DNA from: Octopus vulgaris
Taxonomy: Eukaryota
NCBI GenBank assembly: GCA_951406725.2
Contig: OX597831.1
Span: forward strand, 15,934,001 to 15,998,000
Direction of reading: 5' to 3'
Length of the DNA stretch: 64,000 nucleotides
In this document: piece after piece, positions 1-13,859 of the stretch
How the letters are laid out: each line of letters opens with the position of its first letter
Position numbering within the stretch: the first letter of the stretch is position 1
The notes under the pieces: generated by a model
Seen by the model: the letters and a program-made list of their open reading frames with translations, nothing else
What the model was told of the DNA's origin: nothing
The model's database searches: none
Made by a program: the position numbers and the translations under genes

Positions 1-1475
1 CAACTTATGCTACCCTTTTCCGCTGTTAACAGAAGACACTATCTAAATACGATCTAGATGATTCGATGTGATTTGTTGAAGTTCACACTGCCACATTAGG
101 GTAATCTACTCGGAAATTCTCAGACAATTAAAAACATCTGGGCAGGTTTTTGAGGCTTTTGCACCCCCTCTCCTATCAGATACTCCCACGCAATCGAGAC
201 GTTCATCTAAGACAGTGTTCCAATCCTAAGTAAACACTAAAGTCCGAGACCTTCCCAGGAAAACTTCCAGACGCTGAAGTAATCTGACCGCTCTGCCCCT
301 GTCGGAGGATAGGCAGCCACCAGTCTGAAGGTACCGCGGTCACTGCTGTTCACATCTAACTCCAAGAACTTACCTTCTGGTTCCAGGAACACTGCCTTCA
401 TTTTCAAAAACAGACTTTTCCAGAAAAGCACCACAGTACCACGAATGCCCCTCCTGGCTGACACAGAGAAAGAGAAATCTCGTATCCTCTGAAAAGTGTG
501 ATGAGGTCCAGTGAGTCGGATAGTCTGGGTAGATAGGCTGCTACGTCTACCATAAAATCCCTTATTTCATTTGAAAGGTAAATTTGTTTCTAAGTCGACC
601 TGAAATTTATGCAAACATTTCTGAGCAGCACCATGCTAAAAAAAAAATATTTAAGACGGACCTTGTTCATCTTGAACAGGGATCTCCAACTCCTTACCCG
701 ACCGATTTTGTTGGTGCAACATCCAGTATTGTGGCGGTGTCTTCTATATGAAAGAAGACAGCCGCCACCAGGCAACGTATATTTATTTCAGGGAGCACTT
801 CCTCAATTTCATTTCTTATGTCGTGCCACCAGGGCATGTCGGCTCGAGTAGCAATTCCTCCCTTTATTAGAGGCATTGTGGAATAATGTCGTTTGTTGCA
901 CTCCGTTGTAAAATACAATTCCGCACTGCCGAAGTGCTTTCCTCTTTCCATATACGTTTTGTTGGATCAAACTAGTGTTACGGCCATTTCCAACAGTTGT
1001 TGGATGGTTGGTTCCACCCTTAACAAGCCTTTTACATGTGTTTTTATTTCGTTAGCTTTTAAATTTATAATTTTTTTTATTTCCTTCACCACCGAGGCGA
1101 AACCGTAGCCGGTTGGTCTATTGCTGTTCGTGTTTCTGGTGGTGGAGTGGCACCTGTGTCGTTCTTTGTTCTTTGTTTCTTCCTGCTTCTGCTTGCTGGA
1201 AAAATAGGGGTGGTGAGAGCGTTGAAGTCCTCGTCGAAGTCGATGATCAAACTCCTGCTCTCACACACTGACTCAGTCGCCATCTTTGCTTTTTTTGGAA
1301 TATTCCAAAATTTTCAGAGAATCTATTTGGAAAAACCTCGTTACTCGAAAAGGGAGCTTTCTTTCAAGAACAACTAGCTCTCTAGGCGGGCAGTCAGCTT
1401 GAAACAAAAATTAAACGATAAAAACAATTTCAAACAACTTCTGGAGCTCCAAAATGTGTAACTCACCGCGAGGAA
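1..1475 (-). mobile_element. Degenerate L1/Tx1-like LINE, 5' part (ORF1 fragments and start of APE endonuclease); runs off the window; lies in intron 2 of gene A
   Basis: Frameshifted APE-like text at 1-600 (LELDVNSSDRGTFRLVAAYPPTG; LGDWNTVLDERLDCVG in another frame), preceded by broken ORF1-like frames 1283->590 starting MATESVCES. Confidence 0.6.
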
Positions 1476-1536
1476 AAATAACAACAACAACAACAACAAC
1501 AATAGTAATAATAACAATAATAATAACAATACGTAC

Positions 1537-1636
1537 GCGCATTGTGCAATAATCATTGCCGATTTATTGCTAGCTTTCGGTGAATCCATGCAAGAACCAG
1601 CGGCCAAATGACCACACAAGGGTAGCGCAGCAGCAT
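1537..1636 (-). CDS. Gene A exon 2, 6-Cys small secreted protein family: (D)AAALPLCGHLAAGSCMDSPKASNKSAMIIAQC(A)
   Basis: Acceptor cttttag|AT, donor GC|gtacgt. 100 nt, phase 1 to 2, C-x7-C-x16-C. Same length, phases and Cys spacing as gene B exon 2. Confidence 0.8.
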
Positions 1637-1964
1637 CTAAAAGATTTATCGTTTCATTTATTAATAATTAGTGATACATATATTCGATCTATAATCATTA
1701 TGTTTAATAAAGAATGCTAAATAAAAGACGAAAATACTGAAGAGTTAATATAGAGCTAAATTTAGATTCCCATGCTGTCAGTAAGCAATTAAAATATGTT
1801 TCATTAGTGATATCGATGTTGTTCTGCTTCCGTTATAACTTCACATGTGACGATGTGGTATTATTATTTGGTGATTCTTCTCCACAAAATATTCGAACAA
1901 GTCGAACCGAGGACTTATTCTTTGTAAATCTACTCCTCATCCTATCAGTCTCCGGTGTTCTCAG

Positions 1965-2100
1965 CACACCAACGTCGGTTGTCAAGCGATAGTGGTGGGA
2001 CAAACACAAACGCACAATCAGACACACACACATGCACACTCAGGCACATATATATACGAGGGTCTTCTTTCAGTTTCCGTCTACAAAATCCACTCACATG
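1965..2100 (-). mobile_element. Fragment of the tRNA-derived SINE seen at 29541-29907
   Basis: Shares cttctttcagtttccgtctac..aatccactcaca and the CA-rich middle with 29750-29792. Confidence 0.7.
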
Positions 2101-2524
2101 GCTTATATATTTATACACACATATATTTATACACACATATATTTATACACACACATATATATATAGTAGCGGGCTTAACATAAGTGTTAGTAAGAACAAG
2201 TGTATTGAAATATTAATTATTGAAGATTAACTGAAGGATAAGTCTGGATATTTTACACATTATTAGATGTGTCTAATATCTATCATTGGTAAAATATTCA
2301 AGTGTATCGAATAAATATTTCGTAAGTTTTGAGGAAATGAACTAATAATCTTCCAAACTGCAGCGGCCCACTCCGAAGTTTCACTAAGGAAAACATTGAA
2401 AATAGAACAAGAACAAAAATAAAAGGAACCTGACATCAGTTGCCACATGACTGATGAAATAATTTCTAGCAAAATGGTTGAGTAATATTGTTCCATACAT
2501 TTTCAATAATTCCCAGAGTTTATA

Positions 2525-3245
2525 TTAGTTCTTTCGATTTCTCATTCGCGCTCCATTTTCAGCAATATTCCAAACGTTTATTATGGGGTTGATATCGGGA
2601 CTTTGCGCTGGCCAGTGCATGAGATCTCCCCCTTCATTAATCAAAAACTCATTGGCTCTCATCGCAGTGTGCCAGGAAGCGTTGTCCTGCACAAAGACAA
2701 GAGGTTGAACTGCCGGGGGTCCGAGATGTGGAAGGGCATGCTGTCTAAGAATATGCGTGTAGATTTCAGAATTAACAATTTCTTGCAGGCGAATAAGTGG
2801 ACCTGGACCAAGAACAGATATCACTTCCATTACAATTACAGTGTCTCTTCCATATTTCACTCTCTTCTCCACACATGCACAAGAAAAACTTTCGTCATTT
2901 CTTCGTCGTAAGTACCCCCCGCTTTCGGAACCAGTGTCATTAAACTTCGATTCATCGCTAAAAGAAACCTGTGACCACTGATCCTCTTTCCAAACGTGAG
3001 CGATACGAACACGGACTCTTTGATTCTTCTTGGAGATCACAGGATTCTTGCCAGTGCCCGAGCAAGCAGCCCAGAACCTTGTAAGCTCCGAGAAACTGTT
3101 TTGCGCGTTCCCTTGGCATCGAGAGTGGAGATATCTTGCAGGATATCTTAGCAGCATGCTTAAACATTTCCCACAGTGACATTATAACCATAATAATATC
3201 CTGTCTTGAAGTTTTACGACGTCTCACGATTTTGGGATTTAACAT
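2525..3245 (-). mobile_element. Tc1-like DD34E transposase remnant (frameshifted)
   Basis: WSQVSFSDESKF, FVQDNASWHTA and WPAQSPDINPIINVW motifs in ORF 2525..3157; N-terminal part in ORF 2958..3245. Confidence 0.85.
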
Positions 3246-3299
3246 CTGTCGATCCTTCGGGGTTTAACATCTGACGATGATTTAGAGCGAGCTATGATT

Positions 3300-3584
3300 A
3301 CTTGCATAACACATCTAGCCATTCCTATATCAGATTTAACTTCCTCATCCCTGGAATAATGTTTACCTCTCAACCCTTCTCTCATAGAGCTAATATTCTG
3401 AAGGCGCTAAATCTGGTGAGTGTGGAGGTAAGAACGAAATGTATCAAAGAAAAGTCAACGGAATTTTACTGGGCAGGAATAAATGCTCTCATTCGAAGGT
3501 GGAACATTGATATTGAGAGAAACGTTGACTATGTTAAGAATGAGGAATGTGACTCACAGAGGACCAGCTTCATTTTAATATATG

Positions 3585-3660
<76 letters not shown>

Positions 3661-3731
3661 GTATAGTTACCTGTGTTGGTAATTATGCCTGTCATAAACA
3701 AAACGGCATTACTTTTTGACTCAACCTCGTA
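3300..3731 (+). mobile_element. Mariner-like transposase C-terminal remnant with probable right end
   Basis: EFYWAGINALIRRWNIDIERNVDYVK resembles the mariner C-terminus; ends ..tactttttgactcaacctcgta. Confidence 0.55.
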
Positions 3732-3952
3732 CTAAAATAAAATGAAACCTATTGCATGACGTTCCTAAACCGGGTGGTGATGTCTGAATTCTAGCTACTC
3801 ATTTGAATTTGATAAAATATTATGAACTTCCCTTAGGCCTATTAATTTTTTTCCGTACACACCCTGTATAAAAGTTCTTTTTTTTTTGCTTCTCGTAAAA
3901 ATGATGATGGATTACCAGAACGGTAACCCTCACTGATGATGTTATATTTTTT

Positions 3953-4033
3953 GTCCTGATGAAGGGGTCAATACCGATGTGGTATTTTAATGTGTAATGT
4001 TAAGCGGCAGTGGATCTTGAAACGGCTGTAGAT
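3953..4033 (+). ncRNA. Degenerate minimal type I hammerhead ribozyme (Penelope pLTR-like)
   Basis: GTC-CTGATGA-A-GGGGTC...GATCTT-GAAAC-GGCT-GTA-GAT. Cores are intact, but stems I and II rely on G-U pairs. Confidence 0.4.
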
Positions 4034-4495
4034 GTGGATTTATTCTTCAATGATTCTGTATTCCTCTTTCCTTTGGACATGCCGATGGATGCTATCCAGG
4101 ATTCACTTTACATTTAATAGTCTAACTTTATTATTTTTCATCGATTCACTATATACAATCATATATTCTTCATATATGCGTTTCTTCTTCATAAACTTTC
4201 TTACAGGTTTTCACACGTTTTTTTTTATATATGAAAATAAATGTATGTGTTTATACATTTGGAGTTTCGATGCGGTATCTTAACATGTATTTATATTCTA
4301 CAGTGTGAAGATATGGATACGATTTGGAGTTGTTTGGCCAATTATGTTGATTAATTTTTAACCGAATGTTTAATATATAAATGTAATTTCATTTGTAGGT
4401 AATCATTTAGTATATGAATATAGCTTCTGTATTTACACAGCATATATAAATGTTATGAAAAACAGAAGATAAAATATTTCATTATTGCAACTTAC

Positions 4496-4532
4496 CTGCA
4501 AAGAGAAGACAAAGGAAGAATAAAGATTTCAT
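4496..4532 (-). CDS. Gene A exon 1: signal peptide start MKSLFFLCLLFA + 1 nt
   Basis: gccATG...GCA G|gtaagt. 37 nt, phase 1; splices in frame to 1636. Confidence 0.8.
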
Positions 4533-4955
4533 GGCTTTTCTTAAAAAAACAAATGGTGCAATGACAATGAACACTGTTATATTGTTACATGTAATGACAT
4601 TCAGTGTAACATATGCCAGGCACCAGTAAAACAAAACAACGCAATTCAATTAAGCCTGTCATATTAAATTACAGAGCGACAATAGTTCTTTTGCGTGAAT
4701 AATTAACAGTCGAATAACTATTTATAGATGGAAACAGAAATGAAAATTTACAGTTGCATGTTTATTTCTCTCTTTATAAAATTATATAAATTATATTCAA
4801 TAAACTGATGCATAATTCCTTTCAGGAACACTCCTCCCCCCTTTTTATTCATTCAGTTTCGTTATTACAGCGCGAAATTGCTGGATCACTCTAAGGAAGT
4901 ATTTAGGGAAAGACGTCGACGTCATTACTTATATTTTAAGACATGTACTGACACA

Positions 4956-4991
<36 letters not shown>

Positions 4992-7900
4992 ACTTTTTTC
5001 TTCTTTCAAATTTGCTTCCATTTCTTGCCGAGTGTCTTCTCGACTCCTTGGGCAAAGAAACTCATAGTACATATTGGTAGGCCATTAAACCAAACTCAAT
5101 AGTTCGTTCATTTAAAAAAAAAAATTTTTAAGTTAAATTATAATACATGAGCAGCAACAGTTCTCACATCGAAAATGCTCTTCTCAATACGTGTGATGTA
5201 CCAGTTAAGACAATCTTTTGCACATCTTGCAGGGATGGTAAACCAGGGATCATTCTCATATAATTTCCGGTTCCCTTCTTGATCATTCCTAGTGCTCCTA
5301 CGATCACTGGTATTGTAACCGCCTTGAGATGCCACATTTTCTCAATTTCAACGAGTAGGTCTTTATATTTTCTGAGCTTGTCAAACTCTTTCGCTGAGAT
5401 ATTATGATCACAGGGGATGCTCATGTCGATCAATAAGCAAACATTATTGTTTTGGTCTTTCACAACAATATCCAGTTTATTGGCCTTGATGGTTCGGTCT
5501 GTATGTACTGGAAAGCCCCACAGAATGGTTACATTTTCTCCTTCAGTTACAGCTTCAGTGTGGTGATTATACCACTTGTCGGCAGTTTTGATATTGTAAT
5601 GCTGACTTATTAGCCAGTGTAGATATTGGCCAACTCTGTCATGTCTTAATTTATATTCCACTGGTGCTAAGACTTTACATCCAGAGATTAGGTGGTCATG
5701 ACGTTGCAGAATCGGCATTTTGGGTCTGCTCCATTTTTCATCACGTTGGCCTGGTAGTTCCGGGTTAATAGGCTTTGATCTTGAGCAGCCAGGATGAAAC
5801 CTTCGCTCTCTGCTTTTAGCCCTGAGCTCTGTAGCCACTGATGGGTTTGGTTCCGGTCAACATCAGCTTGTTTGCTGCGGGCCGCATATTTGCCGTGCAG
5901 AGGTTTCTCCTCACACCTATCAGCCAATTGCTCGTGCGCTTTTTTCGTTGCCATTATTTTCACCTTCTTTGCAACAATAGTTGCCGTGCTTCCCTCGGGT
6001 CGTTCAGTTTGTGTATCCTGCACGAGATCAATAGCAAATTTTTTGCTTTCCTTTATGACAGATTGAAGCTTCTTTCGTCTCTCGTGATTTTCCACGAGAT
6101 TTAGCATCCAGTCATTCGTTATTTCGAGATATTTGGCCAGTCCAATTTATCCCTAAATATTTCTATGTTTGTTCTTGCTCAAGCTCTCTTATGACTGTGT
6201 CAACATCTAACACGACTGGAGTTGTTGTCTTCACTTTCCCTTTCTGGAATGTGGCCTTGGCACACTTCTCAAGTCCAAACTCCATCCCGATGCCATCGCT
6301 GAATGCTTTCACAGTGCGCAATAGGCCTTCAAGTTCATTATTGTCTTTACCATAAAGTTTTAAGTCATCCATATAAAATAGATTGCTTTAATTTTTTTAT
6401 TGGCAATTTTATACCCATACCCTGTTCTGTTTAATTCACTTGTAAGGGGTATTAGGGCTATGCAGAATATTAAAGGTGAAAGTGAGTCACCTTGAAAAAT
6501 TCCACAGATGATGTTTATATTTTCTGAGGCAAGTACTCCATTAGAGTGGTATAATTGGAGATTCGTATTCCACAACGACATATTGTGCTTCAGGAAGCTT
6601 GAAATCACCGGGGAAATTTTGAAGATGTCCAGCGATCTCAAGATCCATGGATGCGGTATACTGTCGAAGGCATTTTTATAGTCAATCCATGCGGAGCTGA
6701 GATTTCTGCGTTTGTTGTGACAGTTCTCAAGGATCATACGATTAATTAGCAGTTGATCTTTCCATCCGTAAGAGCCTCGGCGGCACCCTTTTTGTTCAAT
6801 GGGGGAAATATCGTTCTTCTCCATGATTTCATATGTTTTCTCCGTCAGGATAGATGTTAGGATTTTATACGTGGTGGATAGACAGGTTATAGGCCGATAG
6901 TTTTTTGGAAGGTTGGTTTCGTTATTATGCTATTGTGATGTCTTCCCATGCTTGTTGTTGTAAATTTTGGTAGGATCCTTCAGTGTGTATAATCCAGTCT
7001 GCATTTATGTTGTACGTCTTCTTGTCACTCCAAATCCTTTACCTAAAGTTTTGAACTTCTTCCATGGGAGGGGGGTCTTTAACGGTTACTTTCTCCTTCC
7101 CTATTTCTCTGTAGAATTGTTTGGCATTGGATGTGAACAGCTTAATTTGCTTGTAAAACTTGTTTCTCTTCTCAAATCTTCGTATTCTTTGGGCCTTTGC
7201 TTGGACTTTTTGTTTCAGCGTTTCTTTTATTGATATCAGTTCTTCTCTTGGTGATGATCCACATTTTCTCTTCATCTTTCTTCCTGTTCTGGATCTTACA
7301 TCATTTCCACATATTAGTTCATTTAATATTGATATTTCCCCTCTCATAAATTCAATCTCTGTCTCAATTTCTCTTCTCCAGGTTTGCTTTCTTCCCAGGT
7401 TTGGTTTTCTTTGTTTTTTCGCGGGCATACAGTTGGTTTCAATTGCCCTAGCAGAAGCGTAAATAATTTCATTTAACTCAGTAAAATCAGATTTTAATTC
7501 TTGTATTATTTCATTTGTTACATAGTTGCAAATTTGGATTTTTTTTATTTATTTTGGTTTGTATTTGAGAGTTTATGAAGTGGTTCTCTATCATTCATAC
7601 TTGTATGTCTTACAACTTCAAGCGTATTCAAGATTTTTTGCCTCATTTCTGCCATAGACTCTCTGTGTTCTTCAGCAAATGTGAGAGCTTCAGTTACTGT
7701 TGTTTTATCGTTTTCCTGGCTATCTTTAACAGGTACGATAGCATTTCTTATATCTTCAAGCCTTTGCGGACTTTGGTCAGATGGCAGTCTTTCAATTAAG
7801 CCTCGTGGCGGGCTATGCTGTTCATCTGATTCTTCATTTCCTTTGTGTCTTATATTTATGTCATTTTCCGTTGCGTGCTTGATCGCGCTTTTTTCACTGT

Positions 7901-8430
7901 CTGTGAGTCTGTTATTTCTAAGGATTACCCTCCTCACGTTTGCCAATTTGTTCTCGTCCAAATAGGGCCTACTGTCTTGATTCCGTGTTCTCCATATACT
8001 GTAAGAGTTTGCGGTGTGTCTCTCTTGAGATGGCCTACCTAATGCATAGTAATAAGCGTATATTACTTCTTTATTCTCTTCTCGGGTCCATTTGTTCCGC
8101 TTACATTTTTCTTTCTGTGGTGGTTGTGGTGGTGAACTTGGTGTGCTCGAGTTGCGGGATTTCCCGTTCAAGTGACCATCCATGTCCGTATTCGGAGAAG
8201 AGTTTGTGCCAGTTGATGACTTTTCGATCCCAGGCTGGCTCTTCCCTGGGGGACGCGGTTCCAGATTAACCATAGGACAAGCGATTTGGTATACTGATTT
8301 AGTTTTCCTTTTAGTTTCCAAAAACATTTTGGTGCTACGATAATGTTATCATTTTTGAGTTTGATTGGCTCGTGGGGAGACGGCCATCATTGCAATTATA
8401 ATCGTACCATTATAGCAGCCGTAGTCGGCT
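4992..8430 (-). mobile_element. R4/Dong-like non-LTR retrotransposon (RT + CCHC + RLE endonuclease), family A, near full length with internal deletions and frameshifts
   Basis: N-terminal KRNKWTREENKEVIYAYY; RT motifs WIDYKNAFDSIPH, GIFQGDSLSPL, YMDDLKLY; CRFC..HLISGC; ANKLDIVVKD..LLIDMSIP..KEFDKLRKYKDL. 3' end abuts (TAA)n. Confidence 0.93.
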
Positions 8431-9284
8431 TATTATTGTTATTATCATCACCATTATTATCGCTATCATCATTATCACCACCATTACCATCATCATTATC
8501 ATCATCACCATCACCACCATCATCATCAATGATATTGTTTTATGTGTAGTCACAGCAGTATCTTATTATTGTTATTTTTGTTTTTTATCCGTATCACCTT
8601 CACAGTAGTGTTTGTCTGCCTCGTTGGCTTGCTGACTGTCTTCAACGCCAGAGTTCTTGCCTGTCAAATAATACTTTCATATTTGGTTAACAATAGAGCC
8701 TAGGTGAGGTTTGTGTTGGTTGAACTCTTTGAGTGTGTGTGTGTGTGTAGATAGATAGATAGATTATCAGCACTATTACTATCATTATTATCATCATCAC
8801 CATCATCACCATCACCATCAGTGATTTTTTTTTTTTTTTTTAGGTGGGGTCCTATCATTCAAAAAAGGTTCAAATGTTTACTACTATTAGCCTTAAGAAA
8901 AATTAATGAAGGGCTGTTCTGTATTGTTTGTGAATAGAGAAGTTGTTTTCAACCAGAGAGAATCTTAGCATCATTATTTTTTTTTTCCCCATGTGCGTTT
9001 GTGTTATTGCAATAAAAACTGTTTGTATATTTCGTGTAAAGTAATATTGTGGAGGTTGAAGTTGACTTTTCTAGAGATATTTGTATGTCCAGTTAGGAGA
9101 ACAGGTGTGTTTTTGCATTAAAAAGTATATGTTTACATTTATATTTGAATATTCAGGGCGGAAGCAAAGAAAAGTCAGATTTTCATAGAAAGGATTAGGG
9201 TTTTGTAAGTCCACAAAAAGAAAAACCTTGTTTTTAGAGAGAAGAAAAAAAGGATGTTTACATAGGCAATTGTGGGTATTAAAG

Positions 9285-9337
<53 letters not shown>

Positions 9338-9419
9338 GTTATTATTATTATTATTATTATATTTTTATTATTATTATTATTATTAATATTATTATTATTA
9401 TTATTAATATTATTATTAA

Positions 9420-9461
<42 letters not shown>

Positions 9462-9502
9462 CCTCCTCATCATCATCATTATTATTATTATTATTATTAT
9501 TA

Positions 9503-11604
9503 TTTTCTCTTCTTTCAATATATTTCCATTTCTTGCCGAATGTCTTCCCGACTCCTAGGGCAAAGAATCTCATAGTATACATTGGTAGGCCATTAAATTA
9601 AACTCACTAGTTCGTTCATTTTTTTTAAAGTTAAATTAAAATGCATGGGTAGTAATAGTTCTCACATCGACAATGCTCTTCTCAATACGTGTGAAGTACC
9701 AGTTAAGACAATCTTTTGCACTTCTTACAGGGAAAGTAAGCCAGGGATCATCCTCATATAATTTTCAACTCCGTTCTTGATCATTCCTAGTGCTCCTACG
9801 ATCACTGGTATTGTAAGCGCCTTGAGATGCTACATTTTCTCAATTTCAATGAGTAGGTCTTTATATTTTCTGAGCTTGTCAAACTCTTTCGCTGAGATAT
9901 TATGATCACAGGGGATGCTCATGTCGATCAATAAGCAAACTTTATTGTTTTGGTCTTTCACAACAATATCTGGTTTATTGGCCTTGATGGTTCGGTCTGT
10001 ATGTACTGGAGAGTCCCTAAGAATCGTTACATTTTCTCCTTCAGTTACAGCTTCAGGGTGGTGATTATACCACTTGTCGGCAGTTTTAATATTGTAATGC
10101 CGACCTATTAGCCAGTGTAGATATTGGCCAACTCTGTCTTGTCTTAATTTATACTCCACTGGTGCTAAGACTTTCCATCCAGATATTAGGTGGTCCACTG
10201 TTTCAATCATGTCGTTGCAGAATCGGCATTTTGGGTCTGCTCCATTTTTCATCACATTGGCCTGGTTGTTCCGGGCTAATAGGCTTTGATCTTGAGCAGC
10301 CAGGATGAAACCTTCGCTCTCTGCTTTTAGCCCTGAGCTCCGTAGCCACTGATGGGTTTGCTTCTGGTCAACATCAGCTTGTTTGCTCCGGGCCACATAT
10401 TTTCCGTGCAGAGTTTTCTCCTCCCACCTATCAGCTAATTGCTCGTGCCCTTTTTTCGTTGCCTTTATTTTCACATTTGCAACATTAGTTGCCGTACTTC
10501 CCTCTAGTTGTTCAGTTTGTGTATCCTGGACGAGATCAATAGCAAATTGTTTGCTTTCCTTTATGAAAGAATGAAGCTTCTTTCGTCTCTCGTGATTTTC
10601 CACAAGATTTAGCATCCAGTCATTCGTTATTTCGAGATATTTGGCCAGTCCAATTGTGGTTGTTTTGTAAACTAGTTCAAATTGGATCAGGCCTCGACCT
10701 CCTAGGGCTCTGGGAAGGTAAAGGCGGTCTACGTCTGCCTTTGGGTGGTGTATCCTATTACAACTCAGCAGCTTGCGTATTTTCCTATCTATATTCTTTA
10801 CTTCACTCATATTCCAGTTCAACACACTGTAGATATAGGTAACAACTGGACCTACTAAGGAATTTATAGCTAACACCTTGTTACGTGCATTTAGTTCAGA
10901 CTTCAGGACTGCACGAACCCTCCTATAACATTCCTTCCTGATCTTCTCTTTCATGCTTGCATGCTGAAAACCAGAGCCTTCATTTATCCCTAAATATTTC
11001 TATTTTTGTTCTTGCTCAAGCTCTGTTATGACTGTGTCAACATCTAACACGACTGGAGTTGTGGTCTTCACTTTCCCTTTCTGGAATGTGGCCTTAGCAC
11101 ACTTCTCAAGCCCAAACCCCATCCCGATGTCATCGCTGAATGCTTTCACAGTGCGCAATAGGCCTTCAAGTTCATTATTGTCTTTACCTTCGAGTTTTAA
11201 GTCATCCATATAGAATAGATGACTTATTTTTTTATTGGCCATTTTACACCCATACCCTGTTCTGTTTAATTCACTTGTAAGGGGTATTAGAGCTATGCAG
11301 AATATTAAAGGTTAAAGTGAGTCACCTTGAAAAATTCCACAGTTAATGTTTATATTTTCTGAGGCAAGTACTCCATTAGAGTGGTATAACTGCAGATTTG
11401 TATTCCACAACGACATATTGTGCTTCAGGAAGTTTGAAATCACAGGGGAAATTTTGAAGATGTCCAGCGATCTCAAGATCCATGGATGCGGTATACTGTC
11501 GAAGGCATTTTTATAGTCAATCCATGCGGAGCTGAGATTTCTGCGCTTGTTGTGACAGTTCTCAAGGAACATACGATTAATTAGCAGTTGATCTTTGCAT
11601 CCGT
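9503..11604 (-). mobile_element. R4/Dong-like LINE family A, 5'-truncated copy in (TAA)n
   Basis: ORFs 9830..10954, 11000..11242 and 11312..11572 (RT, CRFCNDMIETVDHLISG, KPDIVVKD). Same 3'UTR as the 4992 copy; (TAA)n on both sides. Confidence 0.93.
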
Positions 11605-11624
11605 TATTATTATTTCTATTATTA

Positions 11625-11773
<149 letters not shown>

Positions 11774-12412
11774 TGAACCTTAAACATACGTAACCACCTC
11801 ACATAGAGAGGACATGCCCTTCTCCCACTTGGTGCATTTGGACATGAAATGTTGCAATGAATAGGAGAGACAATTTCTTAAAAAGGAAGACAAAAATTAA
11901 AAAAATTTAAACAATTCGCCCAGAAACACAATTGAAAAACACAGCACAGAAACATAACACAAACTCCCCTATCATGAAAACCAATGTCCACTGCTTTATC
12001 CAATCCACCATCATCACAACCACAACCACCGCTAAAACCGCCGACACCACCACCACCAACAACAACACCATGAACAGCAACACCTCCAAGGTCACCTCTA
12101 TAACCAGCATCATCATCACAACAGACATGACAAACACATCCGAAACTTCGCCTGCAACAACAACAACAACAAATACATCAGAACGACAGTCTTCTTGCAT
12201 TACAGACGAATAAACGTTCACAACAAATATTGACTCCACTCTTTGCATAAACTAAAATACATACACAGGTTAAACATTGAAATTCCCCGAAGCAATCGGA
12301 TCTGCCGAGACACTCTGTCAAAGAGAATATATACTCCGGAAAGCCCCCAGAACTTAACACAAAAATATATGTATATATATGTATATATATATATATATGT
12401 GTGTATATATAT

Positions 12413-12748
12413 AAAGACCCCCTTCGGTCATGAATGACCATGGGTTTGCACCTAGAAAGTTACCCTCCTTGACACAAGTCCGGGCAAGGTTGTTTATGGA
12501 AGACCAGCAGTCGCCCATGCATACCTGCCTCCCCTCTCCACGCCACCAGTGTTATCCAAGGGAAAGACAAAGGTTCGATACAGTTCGGCACCAGTGACGT
12601 CGCAACTCATTTCTACAGCTGAGTGAACTGGAGCAACGTGAAATAAAGTGCCTTGCTCGAGAACACAACACGCAGCCCGGTCCGGGATTCGAGCTCACAA
12701 CCTCACGATCGTAAGCTCGACGCTCTAACCACTGAGCCATGTGCCTTC
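12413..12748 (-). mobile_element. tRNA-derived SINE in (TA)n, present only in duplication copy 1
   Basis: Head GGCACATGGCTCAGTGGTTAGAGCG (A box), GCTCGAATCC (B box), then GAGCAAGGCACTTTATTTCAC. The paralogous site (~31400-31450) is plain (TA)n. Confidence 0.88.
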
Positions 12749-12757
12749 ATGTATGTG

Positions 12758-12855
<98 letters not shown>

Positions 12856-13859
12856 TATATAATTACACAGGTTATTGAAAAAGAATACACATATATAGAA
12901 ATGTATGTATCTATATATTTTTCTATGTACTATGAATATACATTTATATATATATATATATAATATTATATACACGCATATATGAATATATATAAGTAGG
13001 TATACATAGATATACCGGAGTCTGCGCAAATGTGCATATGTGTGCGTGTGTGTGTGTGTGCATGATTGTGTGTGTTTGTGAATGTGTGTTTGTGCATGCA
13101 AATTTATATTTTCATATACATACCCGTATGTACTCTGAGATGAAAATGCTTACGTAAATTTGAAATGATTCTTCCAATTTAATCAATAACCGACATTATG
13201 AAAACAGATGCATTGGGAGAATATTTCTTCCAGAAATGTTTGAAGCACAGCAGTTGCTGATTTAATGATCCCCTCTATGTTTTCTTTCGTTTATTGAAAT
13301 AAATATAATGTAACAGATGCCAGTCATTTCTCAATAAATTATACGTGTATTGCACATGTGGCGTTCTAATGTATTTTGCTGAAATGCTCTACATATCTGC
13401 GATGATATTACTGATCATTCTTTCAAAGGTTTCTATGTCCTTGGCAATGGTTTTCAAAGCAGCAGTGGTGGTGTGCTTGTTTTTGTCGGTTGCTTTCATG
13501 CTAATAATATAACAATTTTGAAATTAATGATACAGGAAAATAGAATTGTTTCCATCTAATATAAAAGCGCACAAACAAAGCTGTTCTGTATTTATATAAG
13601 CTCGTTATTGTTGCCCGATATTGCAAACTTTCTATCATTGTCGATATTGTTTTTAATTACGCAATATTTAGCCATAGATTCACAGGAGATATAGATCACA
13701 GAGGAAGACACCCGGTTCAGCGTACTTTTACTATCCGTGTTCTTCATTTCTTACCTTGGATTTTAAGATATCAGTCAAGGTAAAGCTGCTTTTAATAGTT
13801 TTCCCTCTACATGAACAAGTTTGGTGGAATAACTTGTAAACTTGGAATTTCACGCCACA

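Noticed and set aside
8360-8430. HDV-like ribozyme at the Dong 5' end (CGT-CTCCCC-ACG-AGCC)
   Set aside because: A P3/L3-like piece is present, but there is no 7-bp P1, no P1.1 GG and no P4 or J4/2.
9175-9601. Poly-I/L/N/Y and YIYI ORFs here and at 11581, 12703, 24783, 30540, 43540, 49546, 59560 and 63257
   Set aside because: They are translations of (TAA)n, (TA)n, (CA)n and (CTT)n microsatellites.
11932-12213. Thr-rich mucin-like ORF (and its copy at 30934-31236)
   Set aside because: Derived from degenerate ACC/ACA repeats; no signal peptide or splice support.
12670-12748. tRNA gene calls at SINE heads (also 23410-23490, 26751-26835, 29840-29907)
   Set aside because: A/B-box-like motifs continue into SINE bodies or tails, and no complete cloverleaf is evident.
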